Source: a virus
Taxonomy: Duplodnaviria; Caudoviricetes
DNA length: 64,000 nt
IMG/VR virus record: IMGVR_UViG_3300046615_000451
Coordinates: 1-64,000 of that record
Strand: one strand, 5' to 3'
The notes below the pieces were generated by a model. That model was given only the letters and a program-made list of their open reading frames with translations. It searched no databases and had not been told where the DNA came from. Numbering within the stretch: the stretch's first letter is position 1; each line of letters opens with the position of its first letter. The position numbers and the translations under genes were made by a program. Shown one piece after another: positions 40,676 to 49,711 of this stretch.

Positions 40676-40717
40676 TGCAAAGGGCGCCCAGGTTGGCGCC
40701 CTTTTTGTTGGGAAAAT
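40676..40717 (+). promoter_or_regulatory. Putative late promoter (TGCAAA-N30-GAAAAT, TG extension) fused with a terminator hairpin
   Basis: Motif spacing; aaagggcgcc/ggcgcccttt stem plus T-run. Confidence 0.55.
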
Positions 40718-40723
40718 GCGGCT

Positions 40724-41260
40724 ATGAGCACAACACGATGGATCAGCGAAGAGCATTTGAAGAGCCTGCCGGCGGACATGACGCGGCGGGCGCTGGGTGG
40801 CGCTGCCTCGGCCCCCGCGGCCAGGAAGCCAGCGAGCAGAGCCACGGCCAAGGCTGTGCAGGTTCCGCCGCCGGTGGTGGCGGCCAAGCCCGCCCCAACG
40901 GCCAAACAACGCATGCAGGCCAAGGGGCGCTTACCGAAAGGCGTGATGAACGCCACCGAAACCAAGTACGCGGCGCACCTGGACGAGCTGAAGCTGGTCG
41001 GGGAGGTCGTGTGGTGGCGTTTCGAGCCTATGAAGCTGTTGCTGGCGCCGCTCACTACGCTGACGCCTGATTTCATGGTGCAACTGGCTGACGGCATGAT
41101 CGAGTTTCACGACGTGAAGGGGGCGAAGGCGATCTATGAGGATGACGCTAAGGTCAAAATGAAGGTGGCGGCCAAGGAGTACCCCTTTGTGTTCCGTGTG
41201 GTGTTCCCCAAAGCCAAGCAGGACGGCGGCGGCTGGTTGATTGAGCAGGTTGGTGAATGA
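40724..41260 (+). CDS. PD-(D/E)xK endonuclease, DUF1064/resolvase-like
   Basis: MNATETKYA...TPDF......EFHDVKG. Confidence 0.75.
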   Translation: MSTTRWISEEHLKSLPADMTRRALGGAASAPAARKPASRATAKAVQVPPPVVAAKPAPTAKQRMQAKGRLPKGVMNATETKYAAHLDELKLVGEVVWWRFEPMKLLLAPLTTLTPDFMVQLADGMIEFHDVKGAKAIYEDDAKVKMKVAAKEYPFVFRVVFPKAKQDGGGWLIEQVGE

Positions 41261-41535
41261 GCGGGCCTCAGCCTCCCGAGGTGCTGGCCGCTCACGAACA
41301 ATACGTTAGCCATATCATGTTATGCGTTGTTTGTTTTGCCCCAAAAAAGCGCCATTGTCCTACAGGATTGGTATTGCGGGTTGAGTACGACGCCCGGTTT
41401 TTAATGACAATTTCCGACCTGCGCTGGCGCCGAATCCTGTTGCAGCGTGAGGTCGAACAAAACCCGGCAAACGCAGACGGGCTCAAGGACCGCGTTATAG
41501 AGCTGTACAACGAAGAGCAGGGCGAGGCGCAATAG
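41257..41535 (+). CDS. Hypothetical Cys/His protein
   Basis: H...CVVC......C. Confidence 0.55.
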   Translation: MSGPQPPEVLAAHEQYVSHIMLCVVCFAPKKRHCPTGLVLRVEYDARFLMTISDLRWRRILLQREVEQNPANADGLKDRVIELYNEEQGEAQ

Positions 41536-41647
41536 GTTGTCAGTTTTCCCGCGTCAATAGCTAAGCTCTTGCGCCTTTTTGGCTTGCTAAATGTATAGGG
41601 ATACTTTCTAATCGCCGACGTTGAGACGTGCCGGGGAGGGTGCTTAG

Positions 41648-42403
41648 ATGGACGGGGACAAAACAATCGCAGCGGCTACTACAGAGCAGGCAGGCACCAC
41701 GCCTGGCGATACCCAGCCGTCTGTGCTCTCGCTGTTTTGTGAGTCGGAGGATCTGGGGGTTGGTGCTGGCAAGAGCGAGCGCCGACGGGCCGAAGAATCC
41801 AAGCTGATGGCCGTTGTAGGTGCCAAGCTGCGCCGGGCGCGCAAGGCTGCCGGACTGAGTGAAAGCGCCGCCGGTCTGGCGCTGGCTCAAGAAGGTATGA
41901 CCATGATCAGCCTGTACGAGAATGGCCATCGTCTGCCCAGCCTTTCGAATGTGCGTTTAATGGCACAATTGTACGGTGTGACGACTGATTACATCCTTGA
42001 TATGCACGACGACATTCTGGCCGAGCCAGAAGAGGGCAATCAGGCGGTACTGCGGGGGATTATCAGCGCCTCCCTCATGGGCCAGTTTGGTCAGTTCGTA
42101 GATGTCATGTCCCGCCGCAACTCCGTAATGATCGAGGCCTTGAGCCTGGATCGCGCCCTATTGTCCAGCCTGGCCGTCGTCGCCACTGATCTGGTCAGCG
42201 CTTTAAACGTCGTCAAAACCCACGCCCCCGAGTTCGAAGAGATTCGCGGAGGTGCAAAGCTCGTCCGTTTGGTCGGTGAGCTGCATGGGAGTATGTCCGA
42301 ACAGATTCGCCGGAGAGCGCGAGAGGAAGCCATGGCCGACTACGAGCCGTTTTGTCTCGCCCCCGAACAGATTGCAAAGCAGGTGCAGCAGCTTTTGTTT
42401 TAG
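41648..42403 (+). CDS. XRE-family HTH regulator with long helical C-terminus
   Basis: GAKLRRARKAAGLS...ISLYENGHRLPSLSNVRLMAQLYGVTTDYIL. Confidence 0.85.
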   Translation: MDGDKTIAAATTEQAGTTPGDTQPSVLSLFCESEDLGVGAGKSERRRAEESKLMAVVGAKLRRARKAAGLSESAAGLALAQEGMTMISLYENGHRLPSLSNVRLMAQLYGVTTDYILDMHDDILAEPEEGNQAVLRGIISASLMGQFGQFVDVMSRRNSVMIEALSLDRALLSSLAVVATDLVSALNVVKTHAPEFEEIRGGAKLVRLVGELHGSMSEQIRRRAREEAMADYEPFCLAPEQIAKQVQQLLF

Positions 42404-42426
42404 ATGGTGGTTTCAGGTGCTGGGGA

Positions 42427-42950
42427 AGTGGACGCGTATAGCCCTGCGTGGCGTCCACTGGCTTGACCAGCTGGTTAACGGGGGCAGTGGTACCCCCATC
42501 GGCCTAACTTCGGAGGTCGGTGGGGTGTTTTAAGGGTTACGCATAACCGGAGCGCTTTGTGAAGAGCGCTGCGGTATGCAGTAGGCCGAAAGGCGAGCAA
42601 GCATGGCCGGGGCTTCCTACCGGTTGTAGAGGCGCCAGTAACGCGGGTTGACCATGCGCCTAAGCGCGTTACCTGCTGCATTTCGAATTTGCGCTCTGCG
42701 CGGATAGCTTGGCCTCCTTAAGGGGCATGTGATGCGGTCGCTCGTTGTTGGTGGTCAGGTGTGCGGTTTGCACTCGGCATATGGCGTCCTTAGACAGTGC
42801 GCTGAAACACCACGGCATGGATAACCGACAGGGAGAAAGGTATTACCACCTTTGCGGCGCCGATCAGTAGCGTTCCCGTTGGCTGATAGTGGTGGGGGTC
42901 TACCAGGACCCACGCCCAAAAGAATGGCCCGCACTGCGGGCTATTTTTTT
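42427..42950 (+). ncRNA. Candidate structured non-coding RNA or long leader
   Basis: About ten consecutive hairpins with G-U pairs, a GAAA tetraloop and a 4-way junction, ending in an intrinsic terminator. Confidence 0.45.
42924..42950 (+). terminator. Intrinsic terminator
   Basis: gcccgc/gcgggc stem plus tattttttt. Confidence 0.8.
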
Positions 42951-43021
42951 AACGTAAGGCGCAAGAAGTTGGCCGCGTTACCACGGCCGATAGCGAACAT
43001 ATTACGCATTAGGGATAGCAG

Positions 43022-44095
43022 ATGCCGCGCAAGCCAGAGACTGAAAAACCTACGGTGTCGAGGGATGATTTATCCCCGTCCAAGGCTCCCGCGCGCTCTC
43101 GAAAACCTGCAAAACCGCGCGCTACTAATGCCGACAAGGTGAAAAGCAGCAAAAATCCGGCCACCACGGAAGCAAAAAAGCCCGTGAAAGCTGCTGCTAA
43201 ACCCGCAGCTAAACGCAAGCCTCGCAGCGCGGCCACGATTGGAAGGACTGCGATCAAGAACCCGGTAAAGCTCACCCCTAAGGCACAGCAAGCCATTGAT
43301 ATCTCTGCTTTCCAGGGGCTGGACGCTCGACAGGCAAAGTTCGTGGATCTGTGGCTGGTCACCTACAACGGCGCTCAGTCCTACAGGGACGCGGGTTACA
43401 AGTGCAAGAACGATAATGTTGCGCGGGTGGGTGCTCACAAACTGCTAACTAAGGTTAAAAACCACCCTTATACGCTCGCTCGACAGGTTGAACTGTTCTC
43501 ACGCACCGCCGATGTGCAAAACCAGATCGTCGCCACCTTTCACGCGGCCTCCTTTGCCGATCCGCGGGAGCTGGTCGAGTACGTGCGCCGGTGCTGCCGC
43601 TATTGCTACGGCATCGATCACAAGTTTCAGCTGCGCCCCAGTGAAATGGAGCGCCGCCGCCAGCAGTACGAGGCCGACAAAGCCGCTCTCAAGGCCGAGG
43701 GAAAGGAAATTGGTGAGTTCGATGAGCTGGGTGGTGTGGGGTACGACGGCAAGAAGTCGCCCAACTACGATTGCCCCGAGTGCGACGGCGAAGGCGAAGG
43801 CCGTGCACTGTTCAAAGACAGCTCCACCCTGTCCCCTGCCGCCCTGACGCTGTACGAGGGTGTGAAAGAGGGCAAGGACGGTACCGAAATGAAGGTCGCC
43901 AGCCAGAAAGGCTATCGCGACTCCCTGGCCAAGCTGTTCAACATGAACGTAGAGCCGGCTGTAGTGGTGAATGTGGGTATCAGCGAGGAAGAGCTTGAGA
44001 AAATCCTGGCGCTTGCCCAGGCGAACACCGAGAAGAATCGCGAGGCCATGGCCGGCCGCGCCGAAGAGCTGGCCAAGATAGGGATCGTGAATTGA
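43022..44095 (+). CDS. terS: Terminase small subunit (PacA-like role)
   Basis: QAKFVDLWL..YNGAQSYRDAGY HTH; FADPRELV, CCRYC, CPECDGEG, LYEGVKEGKDG; basic K/P/A N-terminal tail. Confidence 0.8.
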   Translation: MPRKPETEKPTVSRDDLSPSKAPARSRKPAKPRATNADKVKSSKNPATTEAKKPVKAAAKPAAKRKPRSAATIGRTAIKNPVKLTPKAQQAIDISAFQGLDARQAKFVDLWLVTYNGAQSYRDAGYKCKNDNVARVGAHKLLTKVKNHPYTLARQVELFSRTADVQNQIVATFHAASFADPRELVEYVRRCCRYCYGIDHKFQLRPSEMERRRQQYEADKAALKAEGKEIGEFDELGGVGYDGKKSPNYDCPECDGEGEGRALFKDSSTLSPAALTLYEGVKEGKDGTEMKVASQKGYRDSLAKLFNMNVEPAVVVNVGISEEELEKILALAQANTEKNREAMAGRAEELAKIGIVN

Positions 44096-44373
44096 AGCCT
44101 TGCAGCCCCACCGCCGACCAGGTGAAGAAATCTCGCGCCACGACCGGCCTGAGCCAGCGTGAAAGCGCGGAGTTGATCAGTGTCAGCCGTAGAGCCTGGC
44201 AGACCTACGAAGACGGCACCGTACCGATGAAAGTCGGCCTGTGGGAGCTGTACCAGTTCAAAACCGGACAAATATGGGTCCGTCCGTTGCCTTTGAAGGC
44301 TCAGAAGCGGGCGACATTACGCCAGGGTAGGCAAGAAAACTTAACGCCATTCAAGGCTAAGTCACAGGAGTAG
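44092..44373 (+). CDS. Small XRE-type HTH protein
   Basis: GLSQRESAELISVSRRAWQTYEDG. Confidence 0.75.
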   Translation: MKPCSPTADQVKKSRATTGLSQRESAELISVSRRAWQTYEDGTVPMKVGLWELYQFKTGQIWVRPLPLKAQKRATLRQGRQENLTPFKAKSQE

Positions 44374-44379
44374 GCATAC

Positions 44380-45039
44380 ATGCAATCACAACAATCAGTA
44401 GCTGTTGAGCGTCGTTCACCTGTTGCGGCACCAGGTGCAAGCATCGTGAACGATATCGGTCTGTTGAATGCCGGTCAGATCCCGGCCTTCCGGGTGTACC
44501 TGGAGGAAAGCGGCCTGCTGGTCCGTGATTCGGCCGGCTCCGGGCAGTTCTTTCACGTCCGCCTGCCTGAGTTGCCGCGCTGGTTGGCGATTGAGCGTGG
44601 TTGTGGTGGTGCGCCGGTAACGCCGGACGTGCTGCGCCCCTTCGTGGCCAGCTTCCTCAAGAAGCCATTGGATAGCGCAATTGGTGAAGTCCGGGCCGCC
44701 CGTCAATCTGCCGAGCGCGCCGTGGCCCGTGCTGCGCTGGCGCTGCCGGCGTCTGTTGTCGGTGCCGCCGAGCCTGCCCTGGAGTCGGTCCACGCCACCG
44801 TAACGCGAAAATTGCAGGCCGCCGCATCAGAGTCGTGGCGTCAACCTGGCCACGCTCCTGTCGCCGCCCCTGCCCCCTTATCGCGCTACCTGAGCGACCT
44901 GCGCGACGACCTGGCCCTGCATGCGCCGATCAGCCTGCCCGTGAATCCCTCAGCAGACGACATGCTCCATAACGCTATTCGCCGCTGGGCTTACGCGGAC
45001 ATGATGCTTGCAACACGCACCGCCAAGGCCGGGGATTAA
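44380..45039 (+). CDS. Hypothetical protein
   Basis: C-terminal LRDDLALHAP...RWAYAD.ML..R segment. Confidence 0.55.
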   Translation: MQSQQSVAVERRSPVAAPGASIVNDIGLLNAGQIPAFRVYLEESGLLVRDSAGSGQFFHVRLPELPRWLAIERGCGGAPVTPDVLRPFVASFLKKPLDSAIGEVRAARQSAERAVARAALALPASVVGAAEPALESVHATVTRKLQAAASESWRQPGHAPVAAPAPLSRYLSDLRDDLALHAPISLPVNPSADDMLHNAIRRWAYADMMLATRTAKAGD

Positions 45040-45235
45040 CCGGGAGAGTACAAGCCAATGGTTTGCCGTTACTGCGACGGGGCCAGGGTCGTTTGGCGCA
45101 CAGGTGCGCACGGCCCTTACACCCTGTGCCAGGACTGCAAACGTCGGAACTGTGAGCGGGGCACGCGCGCCCTGCCTCACGGGCTCCACGAATGCGTCCG
45201 CGCCCAACTTCAACTGAAAATGCTGTGAGCCCCAT

Positions 45236-45694
45236 ATGAGCAAGTCACAGAAAACCCTGTTAGCCGCCACTGAATTGAATCGCGCCACCCGCCTGATGCG
45301 GTTGCAGCACGCCAACGCGGTGTTGATCGAGATATCGAAGGTCGGGAACCACACATGGGCGAACGAAGCGGGGGACGTGTGCCGCTTGCGCCTCACCATC
45401 GACGGCCGCGTGCATTTCCGCGACCACAACCCGGAAACGCCGACCATCGACCTGCACAGCACCGCCAAGGGCGCCAACGGCTTCTGGCTGGGGTTTCCCT
45501 ACAAGGGCTCCGAGGCGCTGGTGCTGCGCGGGCTGCGCGACTATGTGGCGAAGGGGACCAAGATTCACCGCACGTTGCTGGTGCCGCTGGTAAACGGCCG
45601 CCTGGCTCGTGGGTATACCGCCGCCGACGTGGCGCTGATCGAGGATCGGTTGAAGTTCGTGCCGATCTTTGTTGAGCCAGGGGCGCGGCCATGA
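45236..45694 (+). CDS. Hypothetical protein, remote paralogue of 22146-22814
   Basis: See pattern given for 22146-22814. Confidence 0.55.
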   Translation: MSKSQKTLLAATELNRATRLMRLQHANAVLIEISKVGNHTWANEAGDVCRLRLTIDGRVHFRDHNPETPTIDLHSTAKGANGFWLGFPYKGSEALVLRGLRDYVAKGTKIHRTLLVPLVNGRLARGYTAADVALIEDRLKFVPIFVEPGARP

Positions 45695-46278
45695 TCTTTT
45701 TGAATCGCGCTGATTTTGAGTATGCCGCCAAGGAAGCCGGGATTACCGACCTGGAGCACGACGGCGACGGTTACGCCAGCGCCCACACACAGGCGGCGTA
45801 TGCGGTCTGGAAGAGCGTGGCATTCCCACTTGGGGATAAGGGTGATGCCCCATTGGTATGGGTAAACATCCGCGGTGGTAAAGCGGTTGGCCTGTCCACA
45901 ACGCGCCCGAGCGGGCCTGAGTCGCCGCTATGGCCCAAGCGCCGCGCACAGGGTTGGGAGCCTTCAAGGCCGCTGCATATCAACGTGCCGGGGGTGAGCC
46001 CTGAGGTGATGGCGGTTATCCGTGAGTTACAGCGCCAGCGCCAGGAGGAAGGCTATTCGGTTGAAAGCGATATCGAGCAGTACCAGGGCGGGGAGTTGGC
46101 GCGGGCGGCGGCGTGCTATGCGATGCAGGCGGCCGGGGTGTATCCGATGCGGTTCGCCAGCTTCTGGCCATTCAAGTCGAAGATGAAAACATGCCTGCCG
46201 GCCGAGTCGCTGACAAAGGCGGTCGCGTTGATCCTGGCCGAGGTTGAGCGCGCCAAGGCGCAAGGGTCCGCCCGATGA
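45691..46278 (+). CDS. Conserved phage hypothetical protein
   Basis: ELQRQRQEEGY...GELARAAACYA...FWPF...KAVALILAEVER. Confidence 0.65.
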   Translation: MIFLNRADFEYAAKEAGITDLEHDGDGYASAHTQAAYAVWKSVAFPLGDKGDAPLVWVNIRGGKAVGLSTTRPSGPESPLWPKRRAQGWEPSRPLHINVPGVSPEVMAVIRELQRQRQEEGYSVESDIEQYQGGELARAAACYAMQAAGVYPMRFASFWPFKSKMKTCLPAESLTKAVALILAEVERAKAQGSAR

Positions 46279-46964
46279 GCACGGCACCGCTCTACGAGGA
46301 TGCTCGCTGGCCGGCGTTCATCGCTCGTTACGCCAACGACCTCTGCGCGTTTGCTGCTGATGTCCTCGGCATGGAGGTAACGCCAGCGCTCGCCCGTACC
46401 TACTGCCTCGCCTCACTTCCGGGCTGTCGTGTGTCCATCGCTACTGACATCGATCTGCATGGAGTCGACGCAATCAGCCCGATGGCGCCTATCGCGATCT
46501 GGCGCCTGCTGTGTTGCCCCGAGTCCAGAACCTTGGTGACCATTCCGTTTGGTGGTGGTCGTGCCCGCAAGCAGCAATACGCGCGTTTACTGACGTGGAT
46601 GGCCGGGGGCGCCCACAGCTGGTTGCGTGCCTATATCAGTGTTGACGCTACTCAAATCCATCTGAGGCGCGAGTATACGGGCGCAAAAATCCTGTTTCTC
46701 TGTGCCGATCATAGAAGCCCCGAGAACCTGGCTGGGTTCTTCGGTGATCACATTTGCTGGCTGATGGAAGCCGCCGAGGACATCCCTGATGCGTGTTTCA
46801 GCGTGGCACTCGCGGCGATGCGCAATCCTGGCGCCAGCATGTTGCTCACCAACAAACCTTGGCGGGAGTCTGGATTTGCCGCCGACACGCGCGGAAGACT
46901 GAGCCGGGACCAGGGTGGATCGTGGGATGTCTGCACCCTGGAAAGCGCGCAAAGCCAGCAATAA
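46275..46964 (+). CDS. Degenerate paralogue of the TerL ATPase domain (Walker A and B lost, no nuclease domain)
   Basis: Colinear with TerL residues ~12-240: RWPAF.ARYA, GCRVS.A, IA.W.LLC, PENLAG, IPD, SGF, QGG.W. Confidence 0.85.
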   Translation: MSTAPLYEDARWPAFIARYANDLCAFAADVLGMEVTPALARTYCLASLPGCRVSIATDIDLHGVDAISPMAPIAIWRLLCCPESRTLVTIPFGGGRARKQQYARLLTWMAGGAHSWLRAYISVDATQIHLRREYTGAKILFLCADHRSPENLAGFFGDHICWLMEAAEDIPDACFSVALAAMRNPGASMLLTNKPWRESGFAADTRGRLSRDQGGSWDVCTLESAQSQQ

Positions 46965-46989
46965 GTGCCATCAAATCAAGCAGTAAGGT
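46948..46989 (+). promoter_or_regulatory. Putative late promoter for terL (CGCAAA-N30-TAAGGT)
   Basis: Motif spacing; begins in the last codons of the dead paralogue. Confidence 0.5.
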
Positions 46990-46991
46990 GT

Positions 46992-47015
46992 AAGGGCCGG
47001 TAATACGGCCCTTTT
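46992..47015 (+). terminator. Terminator-like hairpin before terL
   Basis: aagggccg/cggccctt stem plus tt. Confidence 0.55.
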
Positions 47016-47030
47016 GCGTTAAGGAATGGC

Positions 47031-48596
47031 ATGGCCAGGGCGAAGAAAGAAAAACAGTTGGTGCTCGATGCCGATCCGCGCTGGCCCGCGTTCGTCGCCC
47101 GGTATGCCTTCGAACAATACAAATTCGCCGTCGAAGTGTGCGGCATGGGTATTGTGGGCAAGCCCGTAACGCACCAGCAGAAAGAACTGTTTGATGAAGC
47201 CTCGCCCTATGGGTGCCGGGTGTCGGTGGCGTCTGGCCACGGTACCGGCAAGACTAGGAGTTTTGGCGTTATAGCGCTTTGGCACCTACTCTGCTATCGC
47301 AATTCAAACACCTACATCACCGCACCAAAGCTCAAGACCGTGCGCGAAGGTGTATGGAAGGAAATCACCACGCTCAAGGCGCAGATCGAGAAAGGCCCGC
47401 ACGCCTGGATTGCGCAATACATCACCATCCAGGCCGAAAAGGTCTACATCAACACCAAGTCGGCTATCTGGTACGTCACCACCCGTACAGCACCCCGCGG
47501 CGCCCCTGAGAACCTGGCCGGTACCCACGGCGATTACCTCTTATGGATGGCGGACGAAGCCTCAGGTATCCCGGACGAAAACTTTGGCGTGATCGGTGGC
47601 GCCCTCACCGATCCGCGTAACCGCTTCATCATGGCCAGCCAGCCTACCCGTAGCAGCGGGTTCTTTCGTGACTCGCACCACAGTAAGAGCAAGCGCCAAG
47701 GCGGGGCGTGGACAAGCCTCACGTTCAGCTCCGAAGAAAGCACGTTGGTGGGTATCGAGTTCATCAAGGAAAAGCTCATCCAGTACGGTGGGCGCGATGA
47801 AATGGAGTACCAGATCAAGGTCCGGGGCATGTTCCCGACCAACTCCAGCAAGTACCTGCTCAGCCAAGCAGCCATTGAGCGCGTCATTGAAGGCCCGAAC
47901 GTCATCCTGCCGGGCGAAGCCTATGGTCACCTGATCGTGGTCGACGTAGCGGCGGGCGTAGGGCGAGACAAGACCGTGGCCACGCATATGAAGGTGATCG
48001 GCAATGGCGACCGCATGAGCGCAGATCGGCGCCGGATTGAGGTGGTCGCGGTACCGGTCTACACCAACACCGAAGACTGGACACCGGTGGCGGTGAAGGT
48101 GCTGGACTACGCGGCGCAATTCTCCAACGTCACGATCATCGTCGACACCAACGGCATGGGTAACCAGTTCCTCAAGCGGCTGATAGAGCTGTCGGGGGGC
48201 GGGATCCATGCCAAGGGCTGTCGCTGGGGTGAATTGCCGTTCAGCAACGAATACCGCAAGCGATTCCTTAACCAGCGGGCGCAGTCCACGGTCCACCTGG
48301 TCGAGGCGATCAAGGACGGTGTGGTACGCCTGTCGAGCCAGTACAAAAAGGATCTGATCGACCAGGGCAGCCGTATTCCTTACTTCCTGGATGAGTTGGG
48401 GCGCTACCACATCGCCCGCAAGCAGGACATGGCCGCGGAGGGGCTTCCATCCCCCGACCTTTTGGACACGCTCGCCATGGCGTTTCTGGAATCTGCGGAG
48501 TACGTGCCGGCGCAAGGCGAGGCCGTCAGCCTCAGCACAGACAGGCGCCAGGCCGCACTTGATGCTGCGCGCGAGGCGCTGGCTGGCATCACGTAA
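47031..48596 (+). CDS. terL: Terminase large subunit (P1 PacB-like)
   Basis: Walker A GHGTGKT, Walker B WMADEA, nuclease VDVAAGVGRD and PDLLDTL. Confidence 0.95.
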   Translation: MARAKKEKQLVLDADPRWPAFVARYAFEQYKFAVEVCGMGIVGKPVTHQQKELFDEASPYGCRVSVASGHGTGKTRSFGVIALWHLLCYRNSNTYITAPKLKTVREGVWKEITTLKAQIEKGPHAWIAQYITIQAEKVYINTKSAIWYVTTRTAPRGAPENLAGTHGDYLLWMADEASGIPDENFGVIGGALTDPRNRFIMASQPTRSSGFFRDSHHSKSKRQGGAWTSLTFSSEESTLVGIEFIKEKLIQYGGRDEMEYQIKVRGMFPTNSSKYLLSQAAIERVIEGPNVILPGEAYGHLIVVDVAAGVGRDKTVATHMKVIGNGDRMSADRRRIEVVAVPVYTNTEDWTPVAVKVLDYAAQFSNVTIIVDTNGMGNQFLKRLIELSGGGIHAKGCRWGELPFSNEYRKRFLNQRAQSTVHLVEAIKDGVVRLSSQYKKDLIDQGSRIPYFLDELGRYHIARKQDMAAEGLPSPDLLDTLAMAFLESAEYVPAQGEAVSLSTDRRQAALDAAREALAGIT

Positions 48597-48607
48597 CAAA
48601 CAATGTT

Positions 48608-48669
48608 TTGATAATGCGTAATCCGCTGATATGCTGGCGCCCGCCCCACATACTCGGAATAAATCTTAT
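48608..48669 (+). promoter_or_regulatory. Sigma70-like promoter TTGATA-N16-TATGCT with downstream operator-like GAATAAATCTTAT
   Basis: -35 at 48608-48613, -10 at 48630-48635, 13-mer at 48657-48669 repeated at 53158. Confidence 0.55.
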
Positions 48670-49711
48670 GAGTGAATCCACCTCAAGGCCGGCGCCGATC
48701 AGCGCCAGCGACATGTCCAGGATCGAACAGGATGCCAAGCGCGGCATAGGCGCCAGTTCAGGCGACACTATCCGCCTGGTGGGCGAGCTGAGCCGCTACG
48801 TGCGCGATCCCGTTGTGGTCGAAAGCACGATGGTGAATGCAATCTTTGACGTTACCGAAGACTACATAGCCGATAACACCACGCTGGAGGCCGAGAACTA
48901 TCGCCTGCGCGCCCTGCTCGCTGAGAAGGTCGTCACCTCCACCATGCTGACGGGCCTTGTCCCCGAAGACGGCGGCATGACTGTCGGTTTCGAGGGTGGC
49001 GCCTGCGGGATGCTGGCTCAGGTATTTGGCGATCAGTTCTATCAGAACAAGGCCATCAACTATCTGGAGCTGCGCTTTAACAGCGCCAAGCACCCGGAGC
49101 TGGGTCCGCTTGTCGTCACCCTACAGCGCGTAGAGGGCAAGACGCCGCACCAGTTGCGCGAAGTGGCCGAGGCCCAAAACCGCACGCTGACCGAACAGGT
49201 TGCCGTCCTGCAATCCGATGCCAATAGCTGGCAGTCCGGGTATGACGAAGGCCGGCGCATGGGTAGCAAGACCATGCAGGAAGCGCGGACGGTGGATGCT
49301 CGCCTTGCCGGTTTCTGGAACTCCCTCAAGGAAACGCCACCTGTGGGCGTACCGCTGGTGGTACTGCGCGATGCCGGCAACGTGGGGAATGGTCAGCACC
49401 CTGGCCACCGCTGTGGGCGCTGGCTTGAGCTGACAGCCATTCAGGGAACCATGTTCCTCTGTGATGCGTTTTCAACCGGCCATGTTATGGGCTGGGTGCG
49501 CGCTGATGAGTTCCTAGGGCTTGAGGCCATGCGCAAGGAGGCCGAGCTGTATCGCTTCGTCAGTCGGCTCGCTTGGTATGTCGACAAGGCGTCGTTTGTT
49601 TATGACATCGGGAATAACCGCTCCAACTGGGCTACCGAACGCCAGTCAGTAGACGCTGACGAGGTTGAGGCAGCCATTACCGCCACTATGAACAAGGAAA
49701 CAGAAGTATGA
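48668..49711 (+). CDS. Mosaic hypothetical phage protein
   Basis: NYLELRF.......VVTLQRVEGKTPHQLR segment; start MSES. Confidence 0.6.
   Translation: MSESTSRPAPISASDMSRIEQDAKRGIGASSGDTIRLVGELSRYVRDPVVVESTMVNAIFDVTEDYIADNTTLEAENYRLRALLAEKVVTSTMLTGLVPEDGGMTVGFEGGACGMLAQVFGDQFYQNKAINYLELRFNSAKHPELGPLVVTLQRVEGKTPHQLREVAEAQNRTLTEQVAVLQSDANSWQSGYDEGRRMGSKTMQEARTVDARLAGFWNSLKETPPVGVPLVVLRDAGNVGNGQHPGHRCGRWLELTAIQGTMFLCDAFSTGHVMGWVRADEFLGLEAMRKEAELYRFVSRLAWYVDKASFVYDIGNNRSNWATERQSVDADEVEAAITATMNKETEV

Noticed and set aside
42660-42700. TTCGAAT resembling a tRNA T-loop
   Set aside because: No 5-bp T-stem, D-arm or anticodon arm in canonical register; not called a tRNA
42883-42922. CTGATAG followed by a hairpin, hammerhead-like
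   Set aside because: The core needs CUGANGA and a downstream GAAA, and neither matches; no group II domain V seen either
19399-43113. Other TGCAAA hexamers at 19399, 26543, 42373 and 43108
   Set aside because: No NANNNT hexamer at the 30-nt spacing; excluded from the late-promoter set
43040-43260. Phased A-tracts in the terS 5' end as a pac site
   Set aside because: Explained by Lys-Pro-rich coding; no repeated hexamer like P1 pac; needs read-end mapping
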